Part shown: positions 37,880 to 48,012 of the stretch, piece by piece
How positions within the stretch are numbered: position 1 is the stretch's first letter
Layout of the letters: each line of letters starts with the position of its first letter
NCBI GenBank assembly: GCA_031373745.1
Contig: JANMNH010000116.1
Coordinates: 5,728 to 69,727, forward strand
Reading direction: 5' to 3'
DNA: 64,000 bases
Origin: Hyphomicrobium sp.
GTDB taxonomy: Bacteria > Pseudomonadota > Alphaproteobacteria > Rhizobiales > Hyphomicrobiaceae
Translations under genes and position numbers: made by a program
The notes under the pieces: generated by a model
What the model was told of the DNA's origin: nothing
The model's input: the letters and a program-made list of their open reading frames with translations, nothing else
Databases searched by the model: none

Positions 37880-38030
37880 ACGGGTGCCTTTGGTGGCCAT
37901 TGTCCGCCATCATAGCCAAGGCCATTGGATCTTTTCAAATTATCTCGTGCGGAATAGATGGCACTTTAGAGCATGATGGTACCGGCTGGTTGAGTTCCAA
38001 TCGGCCGCAATATCGGCATATCCGGCCTTG

Positions 38031-38618
38031 TCAGGAGACGGCTAAACCATGTTCAGCGGCCGCTTCCGTCAGCCAATGCCAGAAGCTGTCTGAATAAGAG
38101 CGCGAACATGCAAGCATGAAGCTATCGGAACCGATAGGCCGCCAGAGAATAACGCCAATGTGGGCCGCGTGGGTGACTGCAACTGCGCCTTCCGGCAAGG
38201 CACGTGGGTGCAAATCGATTGCGAGTCCCTTGGAGAGCGTGTCGCGCGCTTTGGCTCCAGAGACGCGGATGAGGGTTCGCGCGTCTGTCTGGTCGGCAAT
38301 CGAAGCAAGACCCTGAAGTTGCCCAGCGAGTTTGGACGCAGGGTCGTGGCTGTCTTTTGCCGGCGCGATGGCGAGCCACTGATCGGGGGCTATGCCTAAG
38401 AACTCGATGCCGCCGGTGGACGATGCCAATCTAGGGTTTAACGTCAGCGAGACGCCATAGAGCTCATTGACGCGCGCGACGAGTGCAGCCGTTTGCCCTT
38501 TTCGCGCCGCGATCCAGACGACGCTGATTCCATCGAGAACTTTAATTTCTACGTGAGACCGGCTTGCGGACTTTGCCGAGTCGAGAGCGGACCGGGGTTC
38601 GAGTTTTGTATTAGACAC
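38031..38618 (-). CDS. mgdD: N-methylglutamate dehydrogenase gamma subunit (SoxG-like)
   Basis: 'APDQWL', 'DQTDARTLIRVSG..ARDTLSKGLAIDLHP', 'RSYSDSFWHWL'. GTG start at 38618 overlaps the mgdC stop. Confidence 0.82.
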   Translation of the reverse strand: MSNTKLEPRSALDSAKSASRSHVEIKVLDGISVVWIAARKGQTAALVARVNELYGVSLTLNPRLASSTGGIEFLGIAPDQWLAIAPAKDSHDPASKLAGQLQGLASIADQTDARTLIRVSGAKARDTLSKGLAIDLHPRALPEGAVAVTHAAHIGVILWRPIGSDSFMLACSRSYSDSFWHWLTEAAAEHGLAVS

Positions 38619-41595
38619 GGAGACGCACTCCTTCTGTGTCGATGAAACAGGGCGCGACGACTTCGACAAGCGTGTCGCCGCCGCGAACCGGGTCGTAAGC
38701 ACGTATGATTTCGCCGTGACGTTGAGGCCCGTCCTGTAACAGGCCAAGTCCGATCCAATGCCCGGCCATTGGCGAAAAGGCGACCGATGTCAGATAACCG
38801 TGATCGTTCGCTGCCGTGGCGGCGGCATCCTTCTCTAGAAAATGTGCGCCAGCTCTGAGCCGGGCCGCGCGATTGACGGGACGGATACCGACGAGCGATG
38901 GGCGCTTAGAGTCCGCTAGTCCTTCGCGGCCTGCGAGTACGCGGCCGATGTAGTCTTTTTTGGCCGACATCATTTTGCCGAGACCGAGATCGGCTGCCGT
39001 CGTGGTGCCATTAATTTCGTTGCCGCCGACGTGGCCTTTTTCGATGCGCATCACTCCAAGTGCTTCCGTACCGTAAGGAATGGCGCCGTATTCGGCGCCC
39101 GCTTCCATGAGCCGGCGCATGAGCGCGTCGCCGAAGCGTGCCGGAACGCCAATTTCATAGGCAAGTTCGCCGGAGAATGAGAGCCGGTAGAGGCGCGACT
39201 TGATCCCGCTGCAAACCGTGAGTTCGGCAATCGCCATGTAGGGGAATGCTGCATTCGATATGTCGAAAGGCGGGTCCACGATTTTTGCGAGCAAGTCGCG
39301 CGCACGGGGACCGGCCACGGAATATTGCGCCCACTGGTCGGTGGCCGACATCATTTGCGCGTCGAGAGCCGGCCAAAGCCATTGATGGCAGAATTCGAGA
39401 TGTTGCATAACTTTGACGGCGTTAGCCGTTGTCGTGGTCATGAAAAAGCGGTCTGGGGCAAAGCGGGCGCATGTGCCGTCATCCATGACGAGACCATCAT
39501 CGCGCAACATGACTCCATAACGCGCGCGGCCAACGGGGAGCGATGAGAAAGCGTTGATGTAGACGCGGTCGAGTAACGTCGCCGCATCGTTGCCGTGAAC
39601 TTCAATTTTGCCGAGCGTCGAGACGTCGCAAACGCCAACTTTTTCTCGCGTTGTTTTCACCTCGCGATTGACGGTTTCGAGCCAATCGCTCTCGCCGGGA
39701 ACTGGGAAATACTGCGGCCGCAGCCAGAGGCCCGTTTCGACGAAGACCGCGCCTTTTTCTTTGGCCCAGTCATAGGAGGGCGGGAGGCGCGTTGGCTTGA
39801 AATACTTGCCACGGTGGTGCCCTGCGAGCGCGCCCATGGCCACGGGCGTGTAAGGCGGGCGGGCTGAGGTGCTACCTGTTTCAGAGATTGTTTTACCCGT
39901 AATTTCGGCAAGAATGGCAAGGCCAATGACGTTGCCGATTCGTCCTTGGTCGGTCGCCATGCCAAGCGTGGTGTAGCGCTTGACGTGTTCAACCGAGCGA
40001 TAGCCTTCGCGTTCGGCGAGCGCGATGTCGTCAGACGTGACATCATTCTGGAAGTCGATGAAGGCCTTGTGTTTTGCCTCTTTCACGCGCCATAGCGGAA
40101 CAATGTCGTAGCCTGTATCGGCGACCGTTGGGACGTAAGGAACGTCTGCCGGGTAGCCTGTGCTCGTGGCTGCACTTGCGCCCCAGCGGGCGCCCTCTGT
40201 CAGACATCGCGAGAGTGCGAAGCTGCCAGCTGCGGCACCGATGACGGTCATTCCTTTTGGAACGTCGCCGGGCACGAAGGCTGCAAGTGCGTTGTCCCAC
40301 TTTGCTTTGCCGTTGAGGTGCGTCGCGATCTGAACGTTGGGATTGAACCCGCCAGAGACCGCAATGAGATCGCATGGAAGTTCGATGGCCGAGCCGTTGT
40401 AAGGACGAATGCGCGCGCCTGAAACGGCGAGGCGGCCTTGTGCATCCGTTACGACGCCTGATATGAGCCGCGCGCCTGTTGCTTCTGCGATCTTGCGAAC
40501 CGCTGCACTGGGATCAGGCCGTGCATCGACGATAGCGGCAACCCGGGCACCGGCGGCGTGAAGATCAATCGCTGTTCGTGCGCCGTCGTCGTTAGTGGTG
40601 AAGACGACTGCATTTCGTCCAGGGGTGACGCCGAAGCGGTTGATATAGATTCTGACTGCACTCGCGAGCATGACACCCGGCAAATCGTTGTTGCCGAATA
40701 CGATGGGCCGTTCGGTGGCGCCGGTCGCGACGATGGTGCGTTGGGCGACAATGCGCCAAAGACGTTGGCGCGGCGTGTGAGGCGCTGGTTTTGGGACATG
40801 ATCGGCGACGCGTTCGATAGCGCTGAACGTGCCGCTGTCATAGGCGCCGGTGAGCGTTGTGCGCAGAAGAACGCGAACCTCGGGTAGAGTGCGCAATTCG
40901 GCTGCGGTTTGACGGACCCAGTCAAGCCCAGAGAGGCCATCCAGCTTTACCTCGTCGCCGAGGAGCCGCCCGCCTAATGCGAAGTTCTCGTCTACCAGGA
41001 TTACGCGCGCGCCGGAGCGGCCTGCGGCAAGGGCTGCGCTTAATCCTGCGGGGCCGGCGCCGATAATGAGAACGTCGCAAAAGGCAGAACATTTTTCATA
41101 GGTGTCGGGATCGGCGGCTTCAGCGGCGCGCCCCAAGCCAGCGGCGCGGCGGATGAGGGGCTCGTACAGCTTTTCCCAGAAGGAAGCCGGCCACATGAAG
41201 GTCTTGTAGTAAAATCCTGCGACAAATACGGGCGATAAGAGCCCGTTGATCGACAAGAGGTCGTATTTGAGTGACGGCCAGCGGTTTTGGCTTTGCGCTT
41301 CGAGGCCTTGATAGAGTTCGATCATCGTCGCCCGAGTGTTGGGTTCCCGGTGTGCGCCTGAGCGGAGTTCAACGAGCGCATTCGGTTCTTCCGAGCCCGC
41401 AGAAAGGATGCCGCGCGGGCGGTGATATTTAAAGGAGCGCCCCGTGAGCGTTACGCCGTTGGCAAGAAGTGCGGAGGCGAGTGTGTCGCCTTCGAAGCCG
41501 TGATAGGTTTCGCCGTCAAAGGTGAAACGAAGCGGCGCGCGGCGATCAATAAGGCCTTTGTTTGCGATGCGGTTTGGTTGGTTTGGAGTCGCCAT
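38611..41595 (-). CDS. mgdC: N-methylglutamate dehydrogenase alpha subunit (SoxA-like)
   Basis: 'GDTLASALLANG..GRSFKYHRPRG', 'KAFIDFQNDVT', 'HVKRYTTLGMATDQG', 'DVSTLGKI', 'LRIEKG'-like motif; 994 aa. Confidence 0.9.
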   Translation of the reverse strand: MATPNQPNRIANKGLIDRRAPLRFTFDGETYHGFEGDTLASALLANGVTLTGRSFKYHRPRGILSAGSEEPNALVELRSGAHREPNTRATMIELYQGLEAQSQNRWPSLKYDLLSINGLLSPVFVAGFYYKTFMWPASFWEKLYEPLIRRAAGLGRAAEAADPDTYEKCSAFCDVLIIGAGPAGLSAALAAGRSGARVILVDENFALGGRLLGDEVKLDGLSGLDWVRQTAAELRTLPEVRVLLRTTLTGAYDSGTFSAIERVADHVPKPAPHTPRQRLWRIVAQRTIVATGATERPIVFGNNDLPGVMLASAVRIYINRFGVTPGRNAVVFTTNDDGARTAIDLHAAGARVAAIVDARPDPSAAVRKIAEATGARLISGVVTDAQGRLAVSGARIRPYNGSAIELPCDLIAVSGGFNPNVQIATHLNGKAKWDNALAAFVPGDVPKGMTVIGAAAGSFALSRCLTEGARWGASAATSTGYPADVPYVPTVADTGYDIVPLWRVKEAKHKAFIDFQNDVTSDDIALAEREGYRSVEHVKRYTTLGMATDQGRIGNVIGLAILAEITGKTISETGSTSARPPYTPVAMGALAGHHRGKYFKPTRLPPSYDWAKEKGAVFVETGLWLRPQYFPVPGESDWLETVNREVKTTREKVGVCDVSTLGKIEVHGNDAATLLDRVYINAFSSLPVGRARYGVMLRDDGLVMDDGTCARFAPDRFFMTTTTANAVKVMQHLEFCHQWLWPALDAQMMSATDQWAQYSVAGPRARDLLAKIVDPPFDISNAAFPYMAIAELTVCSGIKSRLYRLSFSGELAYEIGVPARFGDALMRRLMEAGAEYGAIPYGTEALGVMRIEKGHVGGNEINGTTTAADLGLGKMMSAKKDYIGRVLAGREGLADSKRPSLVGIRPVNRAARLRAGAHFLEKDAAATAANDHGYLTSVAFSPMAGHWIGLGLLQDGPQRHGEIIRAYDPVRGGDTLVEVVAPCFIDTEGVRLRV

Positions 41596-41891
41596 TATAC
41601 TCCTCCCGTGGAGGCCTTAGCGCGAGCGAGGGCGACGTTTTTGGCGAGCGTTACTGAGGCAATCTCGTGACTGCGCGTGTCACGTGAAACGACGAGCCAA
41701 GCGTGGCATCCAGCGCTGTGATACCAGAGTTCTTTATGCGCTCCCGCGACGTTGGCGCGTTCGTAGCCGTAGGTGTAGAAAGCGGCAGCAGCATCCGGTG
41801 CGGCGGGATCTGGGCGTGTCAGGCTCGCGTCGCCTTGAATGACGAATTCGTCGAGGCTTCGTTCGCCGCAGAATGGACAGTTGATGCGCAT
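41595..41891 (-). CDS. mgdB: N-methylglutamate dehydrogenase delta subunit (SoxD-like)
   Basis: 'INCPFCGERSLDEF', 'ELWYHSAGCHAWLVVSRDTRSHEI' Zn-ligand motifs. Confidence 0.9.
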   Translation of the reverse strand: MRINCPFCGERSLDEFVIQGDASLTRPDPAAPDAAAAFYTYGYERANVAGAHKELWYHSAGCHAWLVVSRDTRSHEIASVTLAKNVALARAKASTGGV

Positions 41892-41904
41892 GGAAATGAG
41901 CCTC

Positions 41905-43164
41905 TCAGTGCAAGTTCGGCTGGTTGCCCATGCCTTTTTCGTCAATCATGTGTCCGGTGCGGAAGCGGTCGAGACGGTAGGCGCGTCCAACCTCGTGCGG
42001 TTCGTCGCGGGCGATCAGATGCGCGAAGCAGAGGCCTGATGCGGGCGTTGCCTTGAACCCGCCGTAACACCAGCCGGCATTGAGATAGAGGCCATCGATC
42101 TGGGTCTTGTCGATGATAGGCGAGCCATCCATGCTCATGTCCATGATGCCGCCCCAGGAGCGGAGAAGCCTCACACGCCCGATGCGCGGCATCAGGGCCA
42201 TTCCGCCTTCAAGCACATCTTCCACAACGGGGAGATTGCCGCGCTGGGCATAGGAATTGTAGCCGTCAATGTCGCCGCCGAAGACGAGCCCGCCTTTGTC
42301 GGATTGACTGACGTAGAAGTGTCCGGCGCCGAACGTGACGACTCCGTCGATGAAGGGTTTGATGCCTTCCGAGACAAAAGCTTGAAGCACGTGGCTCTCG
42401 ATCGGAAGTTTAAGGCCTGCCATGGAGGCGACGCGCGATGAGTTGCCGGCACAGGCGAGGCCGATTTTCTTGGCCAATATAGACCCGCGCGTCGTTTCGA
42501 CGCCAGTTGCGCGGCCATTCTCGATTTTGAAGCCGGTAACTTCCGCATTCTCGATGATATCGACGCCAAGCCGGTCGGCGGCGCGTGCATAGCCCCAGGC
42601 GACCGCATCATGGCGGACGGTGCCACCGCGCTTTTGCAACAAGCCGCCTTGGATCGGGAAGCGCGCGTCATCGTAGTTGAACCAGGGATACATGTCGCGC
42701 ACGGCGTCGCGGTCGAGGAGTTCGGAATTGACGCCGTGCAGGCGCATGGCGTTGCCGCGCCGCGCATACGCATCGCGCTGGGTGTCGGAATGATAAAGAT
42801 TGAGTACGCCGCGCTGGGAGACCATGGCATTGTAGTTGAGGTCTTGTTCCAAGCCTTCCCACAACTTCATGCTCGCTTCGTAGAAAGGGATGTTGCCGGG
42901 CAGCAGATAATTGGAGCGCACGATCGTGGTGTTGCGACCGACGTTGCCGGAGCCGATCCAGCCCTTTTCGACAACGGCGACGTTAGTGACGCCATAGCGC
43001 TTGGCGAGGTAGTAGGCAGTTGCCAAACCATGTCCGCCGCCGCCGACGATAATGGCGTCATAAGAGGGCTTTGGGGCAGCCGCACGCCATGCGGGCTTCC
43101 AGGTTTTGTGGCCTGTGAGGCTTTCGCGCAGAACGCTCCAAAGCGAGTAGTGGTCAGTTGCCAT
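41905..43164 (-). CDS. mgdA: N-methylglutamate dehydrogenase beta subunit (SoxB-like flavoprotein)
   Basis: 'IVGGGGHGLATAYYLA', 'GNVGRNTTIVRSNY', 'WCYGGFKATP', 'IDEKG'. Confidence 0.9.
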   Translation of the reverse strand: MATDHYSLWSVLRESLTGHKTWKPAWRAAAPKPSYDAIIVGGGGHGLATAYYLAKRYGVTNVAVVEKGWIGSGNVGRNTTIVRSNYLLPGNIPFYEASMKLWEGLEQDLNYNAMVSQRGVLNLYHSDTQRDAYARRGNAMRLHGVNSELLDRDAVRDMYPWFNYDDARFPIQGGLLQKRGGTVRHDAVAWGYARAADRLGVDIIENAEVTGFKIENGRATGVETTRGSILAKKIGLACAGNSSRVASMAGLKLPIESHVLQAFVSEGIKPFIDGVVTFGAGHFYVSQSDKGGLVFGGDIDGYNSYAQRGNLPVVEDVLEGGMALMPRIGRVRLLRSWGGIMDMSMDGSPIIDKTQIDGLYLNAGWCYGGFKATPASGLCFAHLIARDEPHEVGRAYRLDRFRTGHMIDEKGMGNQPNLH

Positions 43165-43250
43165 GCGTGGTGATCCTGGTCACAGATCGCGGAAAAACAG
43201 GGGCATTGCGACAGTTTCAACTAATACATGTGGCCTTTATTGCCGTTAAT

Positions 43251-43265
43251 ATAAGTTTCAGTTAT
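43251..43265. promoter_or_regulatory. LysR-type binding site (T-N11-A)
   Basis: ATAA-GTTTCAG-TTAT dyad in the divergent intergenic region between mgdA and the LysR gene. Confidence 0.55.
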
Positions 43266-43273
43266 AGTATGGC

Positions 43274-44248
43274 ATGGCGACAAAGCCCGACACATTGCCG
43301 TTCGATTTGCGTGGGCTCGAAATTTTCTTGGCCGTCTGCGAGGCGGGAGCAATGGCTCAAGCCGCGCGGGCATTGGGCTTGACGCAGCCCGCGATATCGC
43401 AGGCCATTGCCGAACTCGAAAAACGGACCGGGACGAGGCTGTTTGATCGCAGCGTCCGCCCGCTTGCACTGACGCCGGCGGGTGGGGTGATGCGGCAGCG
43501 TGCGTCTGCACTTCTTTCAGAGGCACGGCAAATCGGGCCGTTACTTAAAGAAACAGACCGCGGCAAACTATCTCTGGTTCGCATCGGTCTGGTCGATAGT
43601 CTCGTGCGGGCGTTAAGCGTGCCGGTCGCAACTTTTTTGGCAAAGCGCGCTGAGTCGGTGCAGGTGCAATCAGGTTTGACGGCCGCGCATGCCGGCGCGC
43701 TTCTCACACGCAATCTCGACCTTTTCATTGGTGTTGACGATATGGTGGAGATTGCAGGTCTCGAACGTTTTGAGTTGTTTAGCGAACCCTATGTTTTGTT
43801 GCTGTCGCGCGGAACGGAACGGCCTGAGACGCCGCAGGCTTTGGCGAAACTGGCTTCAAAACTCCCGCTCATCCGCTACAGCGCACGCTCGAAAACCGGC
43901 ATCGACATCGAGCGGCATTTGCGGCGGTTGGGTTTGGAACTTCCGTCAGGTCAGGAATTCGACACGCCCTTTGGGGTGACCGACATGGTGGTGCGCGGCC
44001 AGGGGTTTGCGATTTCGACGCCGCTTTGCCTCGCGGAAGCCGCTGTCACGCCCGGACTTGTCGAGGCGGTGCCGTTGCCAGGACCCAAGCTATCGCGAAC
44101 GCTCACATTGGTGGCCCGCCGGCAAGAGTTCGGCAGTTTGCCACGCGATTTGACGGCTGCCTGCAAAGTTGTGCTGGCGGGCGAGACGATGACGTTGCTG
44201 CATCGAACTATGCCGTGGCTCGGCACCCAGTTGAGCTGTTGTCCTTAA
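43274..44248 (+). CDS. LysR-family transcriptional regulator
   Basis: 'FDLRGLEIFLAVCEAGAMAQAARALGLTQPAISQAIAELEKRTGTRLFDRS' HTH. Confidence 0.92.
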   Translation: MATKPDTLPFDLRGLEIFLAVCEAGAMAQAARALGLTQPAISQAIAELEKRTGTRLFDRSVRPLALTPAGGVMRQRASALLSEARQIGPLLKETDRGKLSLVRIGLVDSLVRALSVPVATFLAKRAESVQVQSGLTAAHAGALLTRNLDLFIGVDDMVEIAGLERFELFSEPYVLLLSRGTERPETPQALAKLASKLPLIRYSARSKTGIDIERHLRRLGLELPSGQEFDTPFGVTDMVVRGQGFAISTPLCLAEAAVTPGLVEAVPLPGPKLSRTLTLVARRQEFGSLPRDLTAACKVVLAGETMTLLHRTMPWLGTQLSCCP

Positions 44249-44368
44249 GCGTGACGCGTATTCAAGCAGTCTGCGGTTTAACTATTTGAGCGGCCGATCA
44301 CGCATCAGTGTTGTGCGGCGTTCACGTCATTAGTTATAATGTAACAGTGATAGCTGAGTTCGTGACGA

Positions 44369-45733
44369 ATGACCCTGAGACACCGCCTTATCGCGCTTAT
44401 TGCACTGGTTCTGCCGTTGAGCCTGCTGGTTGGCGGGCTGCTGACGTATTGGCACGCGGTACGAAAGGTCGAAACCGAAATGGCCGGCGCGCTTGCGTTC
44501 GGAGAGAGTTCCGTTCGCGACGCTATTGCCTCGATGACGCCGTCGTCTGACCCCGGACAGCATCTAGCGCGCGTCGTTGCGTCATTCAACGGCGAGCGGC
44601 ACTTGAGAGTTAGCCACACCGGCAGTGACGGCACTATTGTCGTCTCGTCGCAAGTGAGCCGCCCGAATGTTCCGCCGCCCGCATGGCTTGTGCGCATGTT
44701 GGCCGGTCCGCAACATTCGGTCTCCGTAGCGCTTCCTGGCGACATGAAGAATTCCGGTAAACTTTTGATCATTGCTGATCCTTTGAACGAGGTCACGGAA
44801 GTCTGGGATGACGTCACGCTTAAGCTAACCATTGTCGCCCTATTCTTCGGTTTAGTTTTAGGGCTGGTGTATTGGGCGCTGGGCCGGGCGTTGAGACCGC
44901 TCGAAAATCTTTCGAAAGCGCTCGCTGAAGTCGGACACGGAAATTTTGCGGCGCACGTGCCCGAAAGCGGCCCGCAAGAACTGTCGGCGATCTACAAAGA
45001 ATTCAATCGCATGGCCGATCAACTGCAAGTAGCGGAGACACAAAACCGCAGGCTAAACGCCCAACTTTCAACCGTGCAGGAAGAAGAGCGCGCCGATATT
45101 GCCCGCGATCTGCACGATGAAATTGGCCCATTTCTTTTCGCCGTGGACGTCGATGCGCAGACGATACCGAACTACTTGGAGCGGGGCGCCGTGCAAGACG
45201 CAACGTCACGGGCTTCAGCGATCCGCCAGTCGGTCGCGCATATGCAGAGCCATATCCGGTCGATACTGAGCCGGCTGCGGCCTTCGATGCTGCTTGACCT
45301 CGGTCTTTCTCATGCCCTTGAGCAACTCGTTGCGTTCTGGCGCCAGCGGCATCCGGAAATTTCGTTCGATGTGAAGACGGAGCAGACGGGATTTAGCGCC
45401 AAGATCGACGAAGTAGCCTATCGCATTGTGCAAGAAGCAGTGAGTAACGCCGTCCGGCATGGGGACCCTTCGCGGATAGGCATTGTCATCGAGCCCGGCG
45501 ACTTAGGAATTTTGCAGATTTCGGTTTCAAACAACGGCCGGCAACTGACTGATAACGGCTCGCACGGCTTCGGCCTAGCCGGCATGCGCGAACGGATTGC
45601 GGCGCATGGCGGAACTTTGACCATCTCCAACCTCGAAGACGGTCGAGGCGTGGAATTGATCGCGGCCTTGCCATTATCGGTGGCCAAGTCACCTGGTAAC
45701 GAAAAAGCGGAAAGTGTAGCGCACGCAACATGA
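44369..45733 (+). CDS. Sensor histidine kinase (HAMP + HisKA_3), MxcQ-like
   Basis: Two TMs, HAMP, 'ERADIARDLHDEIGPFLFAV', 'EAVSNAVRHG', 'GFGLAGMRER'. N-terminus 'LTYWHAVRKVETEM' recalls methylotroph MxcQ. Confidence 0.82.
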   Translation: MTLRHRLIALIALVLPLSLLVGGLLTYWHAVRKVETEMAGALAFGESSVRDAIASMTPSSDPGQHLARVVASFNGERHLRVSHTGSDGTIVVSSQVSRPNVPPPAWLVRMLAGPQHSVSVALPGDMKNSGKLLIIADPLNEVTEVWDDVTLKLTIVALFFGLVLGLVYWALGRALRPLENLSKALAEVGHGNFAAHVPESGPQELSAIYKEFNRMADQLQVAETQNRRLNAQLSTVQEEERADIARDLHDEIGPFLFAVDVDAQTIPNYLERGAVQDATSRASAIRQSVAHMQSHIRSILSRLRPSMLLDLGLSHALEQLVAFWRQRHPEISFDVKTEQTGFSAKIDEVAYRIVQEAVSNAVRHGDPSRIGIVIEPGDLGILQISVSNNGRQLTDNGSHGFGLAGMRERIAAHGGTLTISNLEDGRGVELIAALPLSVAKSPGNEKAESVAHAT

Positions 45734-46347
45734 AGATATTGCTTGTCGAAGATCATGAAGTTGTCCGAGAGGGGGTCAGACGATTGCTCTCTATGCATTT
45801 CGACGCGACGGTATTCGAGGCTGAAACCGTTGTGCGGGCACTTGAGAGCTATCTTGTCAACAAACCCGGTCTTGTTGTTCTCGATCTGAACCTTGAAGGC
45901 GCGGGCGGGCTGGAATTCTTGCGGCGTGTGGTGTCTATCGACAGCGGTGCGCGGGTTATCATATTTTCGATGCATGCCGAGCCAGCGTTTGCCATACGTG
46001 CATTGAAGGCAGGTGCGCGCGGCTATGTGAGCAAGAGCGCGCCTGTTGACGAACTTGTTGCAGCGGTGCGCAAAGTCTCGGACGGCGGCGTCTATGTCGA
46101 TCGTGATATTGCGGCACTTATTGCTGCAAATCCTAGTGCAACCAACGATCCATTGCAGGCGCTCAATGCGCGCGAAGTAGAAATTCTGCGGTTGCTGGGC
46201 CAGGGAAAAAGCCTGACGGCGATCGCTGACTCGCTGGGAGTTGCCTACAAGACAGTGGCCAATAACTGCAGTCAGATGAAGGTAAAACTAGGCGTAGAGC
46301 GCACGGCGGACCTCATCCGACTCGGCTTTCAAAGCCTGCAGGCGTAA
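45730..46347 (+). CDS. NarL/LuxR response regulator, MxcE/MxaB-like
   Basis: 'LLVEDHEVVREG', 'FSMHAEP', 'REVEILRLL..GKS..IA..LGVAYKTVANNCSQMKVKLG'. Confidence 0.85.
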   Translation: MKILLVEDHEVVREGVRRLLSMHFDATVFEAETVVRALESYLVNKPGLVVLDLNLEGAGGLEFLRRVVSIDSGARVIIFSMHAEPAFAIRALKAGARGYVSKSAPVDELVAAVRKVSDGGVYVDRDIAALIAANPSATNDPLQALNAREVEILRLLGQGKSLTAIADSLGVAYKTVANNCSQMKVKLGVERTADLIRLGFQSLQA

Positions 46348-46356
46348 ACGTATCGG

Positions 46357-47757
46357 TCATACGCTCAGAAGCAAATGTTCGCGTTCCCACGGACTGATAA
46401 CCCGCATGAACTCCTCGAACTCGGAGCGCTTCAATTGCAGATAAAGATGCGCGAAGCGGGGTCCCAGAATGTTATGCAGCGCCTTGCTTTCTTCAAAGTC
46501 GGTCAGCGCTTCGAGAAGTCCGCGCGGCAGTTGATGCGAATTGCGATAGGCGTTTCCGACAACGGCTGGACGCGGCTCCAACTTGTTTTTCATGCCGAGA
46601 TACCCGCACGCAAGACTGGCCGCGATGGCCAGGTATGGATTTGAATCCGAGCCCGGCAACCGGTTTTCAACGCGGCGCGCAGTCTCCGGCGAGATCGGCA
46701 CCCGCAATCCGCAAGAACGATTGTCGTTGCCCCACTCGACGTTAATCGGTGCCGCCCCGTTGGGGACCAAGCGGCGGTAAGAGTTTACATACGGGGCAAG
46801 CAGACACATGGCGGCGGGCAGAAACTGCTGTTGACCGGCAAGAAACTGGTAGAACAGCGCCGTTGGCTGGCCGTCTGCATCCGAAAAAACATTCTTTCCC
46901 GTTTTGGCATCGACGATACTTTGGTGAATATGCATCGCACTGCCCGGCTCGTTTTCCAGGGGCTTGGCCATAAACGTGGCGTAGCAGCCGTGCGTGAATG
47001 CGGCTTCGCGGATGGTGCGCTTGAAAAAGAACACCTGATCGGCAAGGTCAATCGGATCGCCGTGCAGTAGATTGATTTCGAGCTGCGCCGCGCCGCCCTC
47101 CTGAATAATGGTATCGATTTTTAGATACTGGCGCTCGGCGAAATCATAAATGTCATCAACTATCTTATCGTATTCATCGACAGCGCCGAGGCTGTATGAC
47201 TGCCGGCCGGCGCCTTTGCGGCCCGAGCGGCCTGTTGGTGGTTCCAAGGGGTAATCGGGATCGGGGTTGGTCTTGGTTAGATAGAATTCGAGTTCTGGCG
47301 CAACGACCGGTACCCAGCCTTCCTTATGGTACAAAGCGACAATTCTTTTCAGCACGTTGCGCGGTGCGATTTCGACGGGCTCGCCATTCTGCCAAGTGGC
47401 ATCATGAATGACCTGGGCCGTTGGGCTTGAGGCCCACGGCGCCGGGCGGATCGTACCAAGATCTGGGACCATCATCAGGTCGCTCTCGGCATAGAGTGCC
47501 TGGCCATCGTCTTCAAAACCGACGTAATCTCCGGTAATTGTCTGGTGGAAGATGGAAATCGGCAGGTGCACTGCATCAAGTTTCACGAACTTTTCGGCCG
47601 GCATAGTCTTGCCGCGGGCCACACCAGCAATGTCAGGTACGGCGCAATCGATCTCTTCGATGCGGTGCTGCCGGAGCCAATCGCGTAATCCTTCGGGGGT
47701 TGAGCCCGCGCCATAGGCTTCGGCATCCACAGGCGGGGCTCCGGTATCGGCTGTCAT
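46357..47757 (-). CDS. Gamma-glutamyl-polyamine synthetase (PuuA/PauA-type GS-family ligase)
   Basis: 'PDIAGVARGKTMP', 'VVAPELEFYL', 'HEGG'-like 'IQEGGAAQLEINL', 'GSAMHIHQS', 'RVENRLPGSDSNPY'; divergent from a pot operon. Start placed at ATG 47757. Confidence 0.85.
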   Translation of the reverse strand: MTADTGAPPVDAEAYGAGSTPEGLRDWLRQHRIEEIDCAVPDIAGVARGKTMPAEKFVKLDAVHLPISIFHQTITGDYVGFEDDGQALYAESDLMMVPDLGTIRPAPWASSPTAQVIHDATWQNGEPVEIAPRNVLKRIVALYHKEGWVPVVAPELEFYLTKTNPDPDYPLEPPTGRSGRKGAGRQSYSLGAVDEYDKIVDDIYDFAERQYLKIDTIIQEGGAAQLEINLLHGDPIDLADQVFFFKRTIREAAFTHGCYATFMAKPLENEPGSAMHIHQSIVDAKTGKNVFSDADGQPTALFYQFLAGQQQFLPAAMCLLAPYVNSYRRLVPNGAAPINVEWGNDNRSCGLRVPISPETARRVENRLPGSDSNPYLAIAASLACGYLGMKNKLEPRPAVVGNAYRNSHQLPRGLLEALTDFEESKALHNILGPRFAHLYLQLKRSEFEEFMRVISPWEREHLLLSV

Positions 47758-48012
47758 GGTTTGCACCTGGTAATTTGCTTGAAACGGCCTACTCAGCATC
47801 CACATCGGGGAGCGGGTGCTGGATATTCGGCCAATCAATAATAACGATAGTATCTTGTACCCCGGAGAATTTGTGATCACAATGGAACGGTTAGGCAACA
47901 GTGCATGGCCCTTTCCGTTAAGGTCACTGAAGGCTCGCGATACGGCCCACGAACATGCGGGTGAAGCGCATTGGAGCGGGATAGTTAAGCATCTCCAAGG
48001 AGGTTAGAACCA

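Noticed and set aside
37952-37968. TGGCAC-TTTAG-AGC upstream of the XRE gene
   Set aside because: Wrong strand, and GG-GC spacing is 9 rather than 10 nt.
38031-43164. Annotation as sarcosine oxidase soxBDAG
   Set aside because: Linkage to mgsABC-gmaS favours N-methylglutamate dehydrogenase, although sequence alone cannot fully exclude sarcosine activity.
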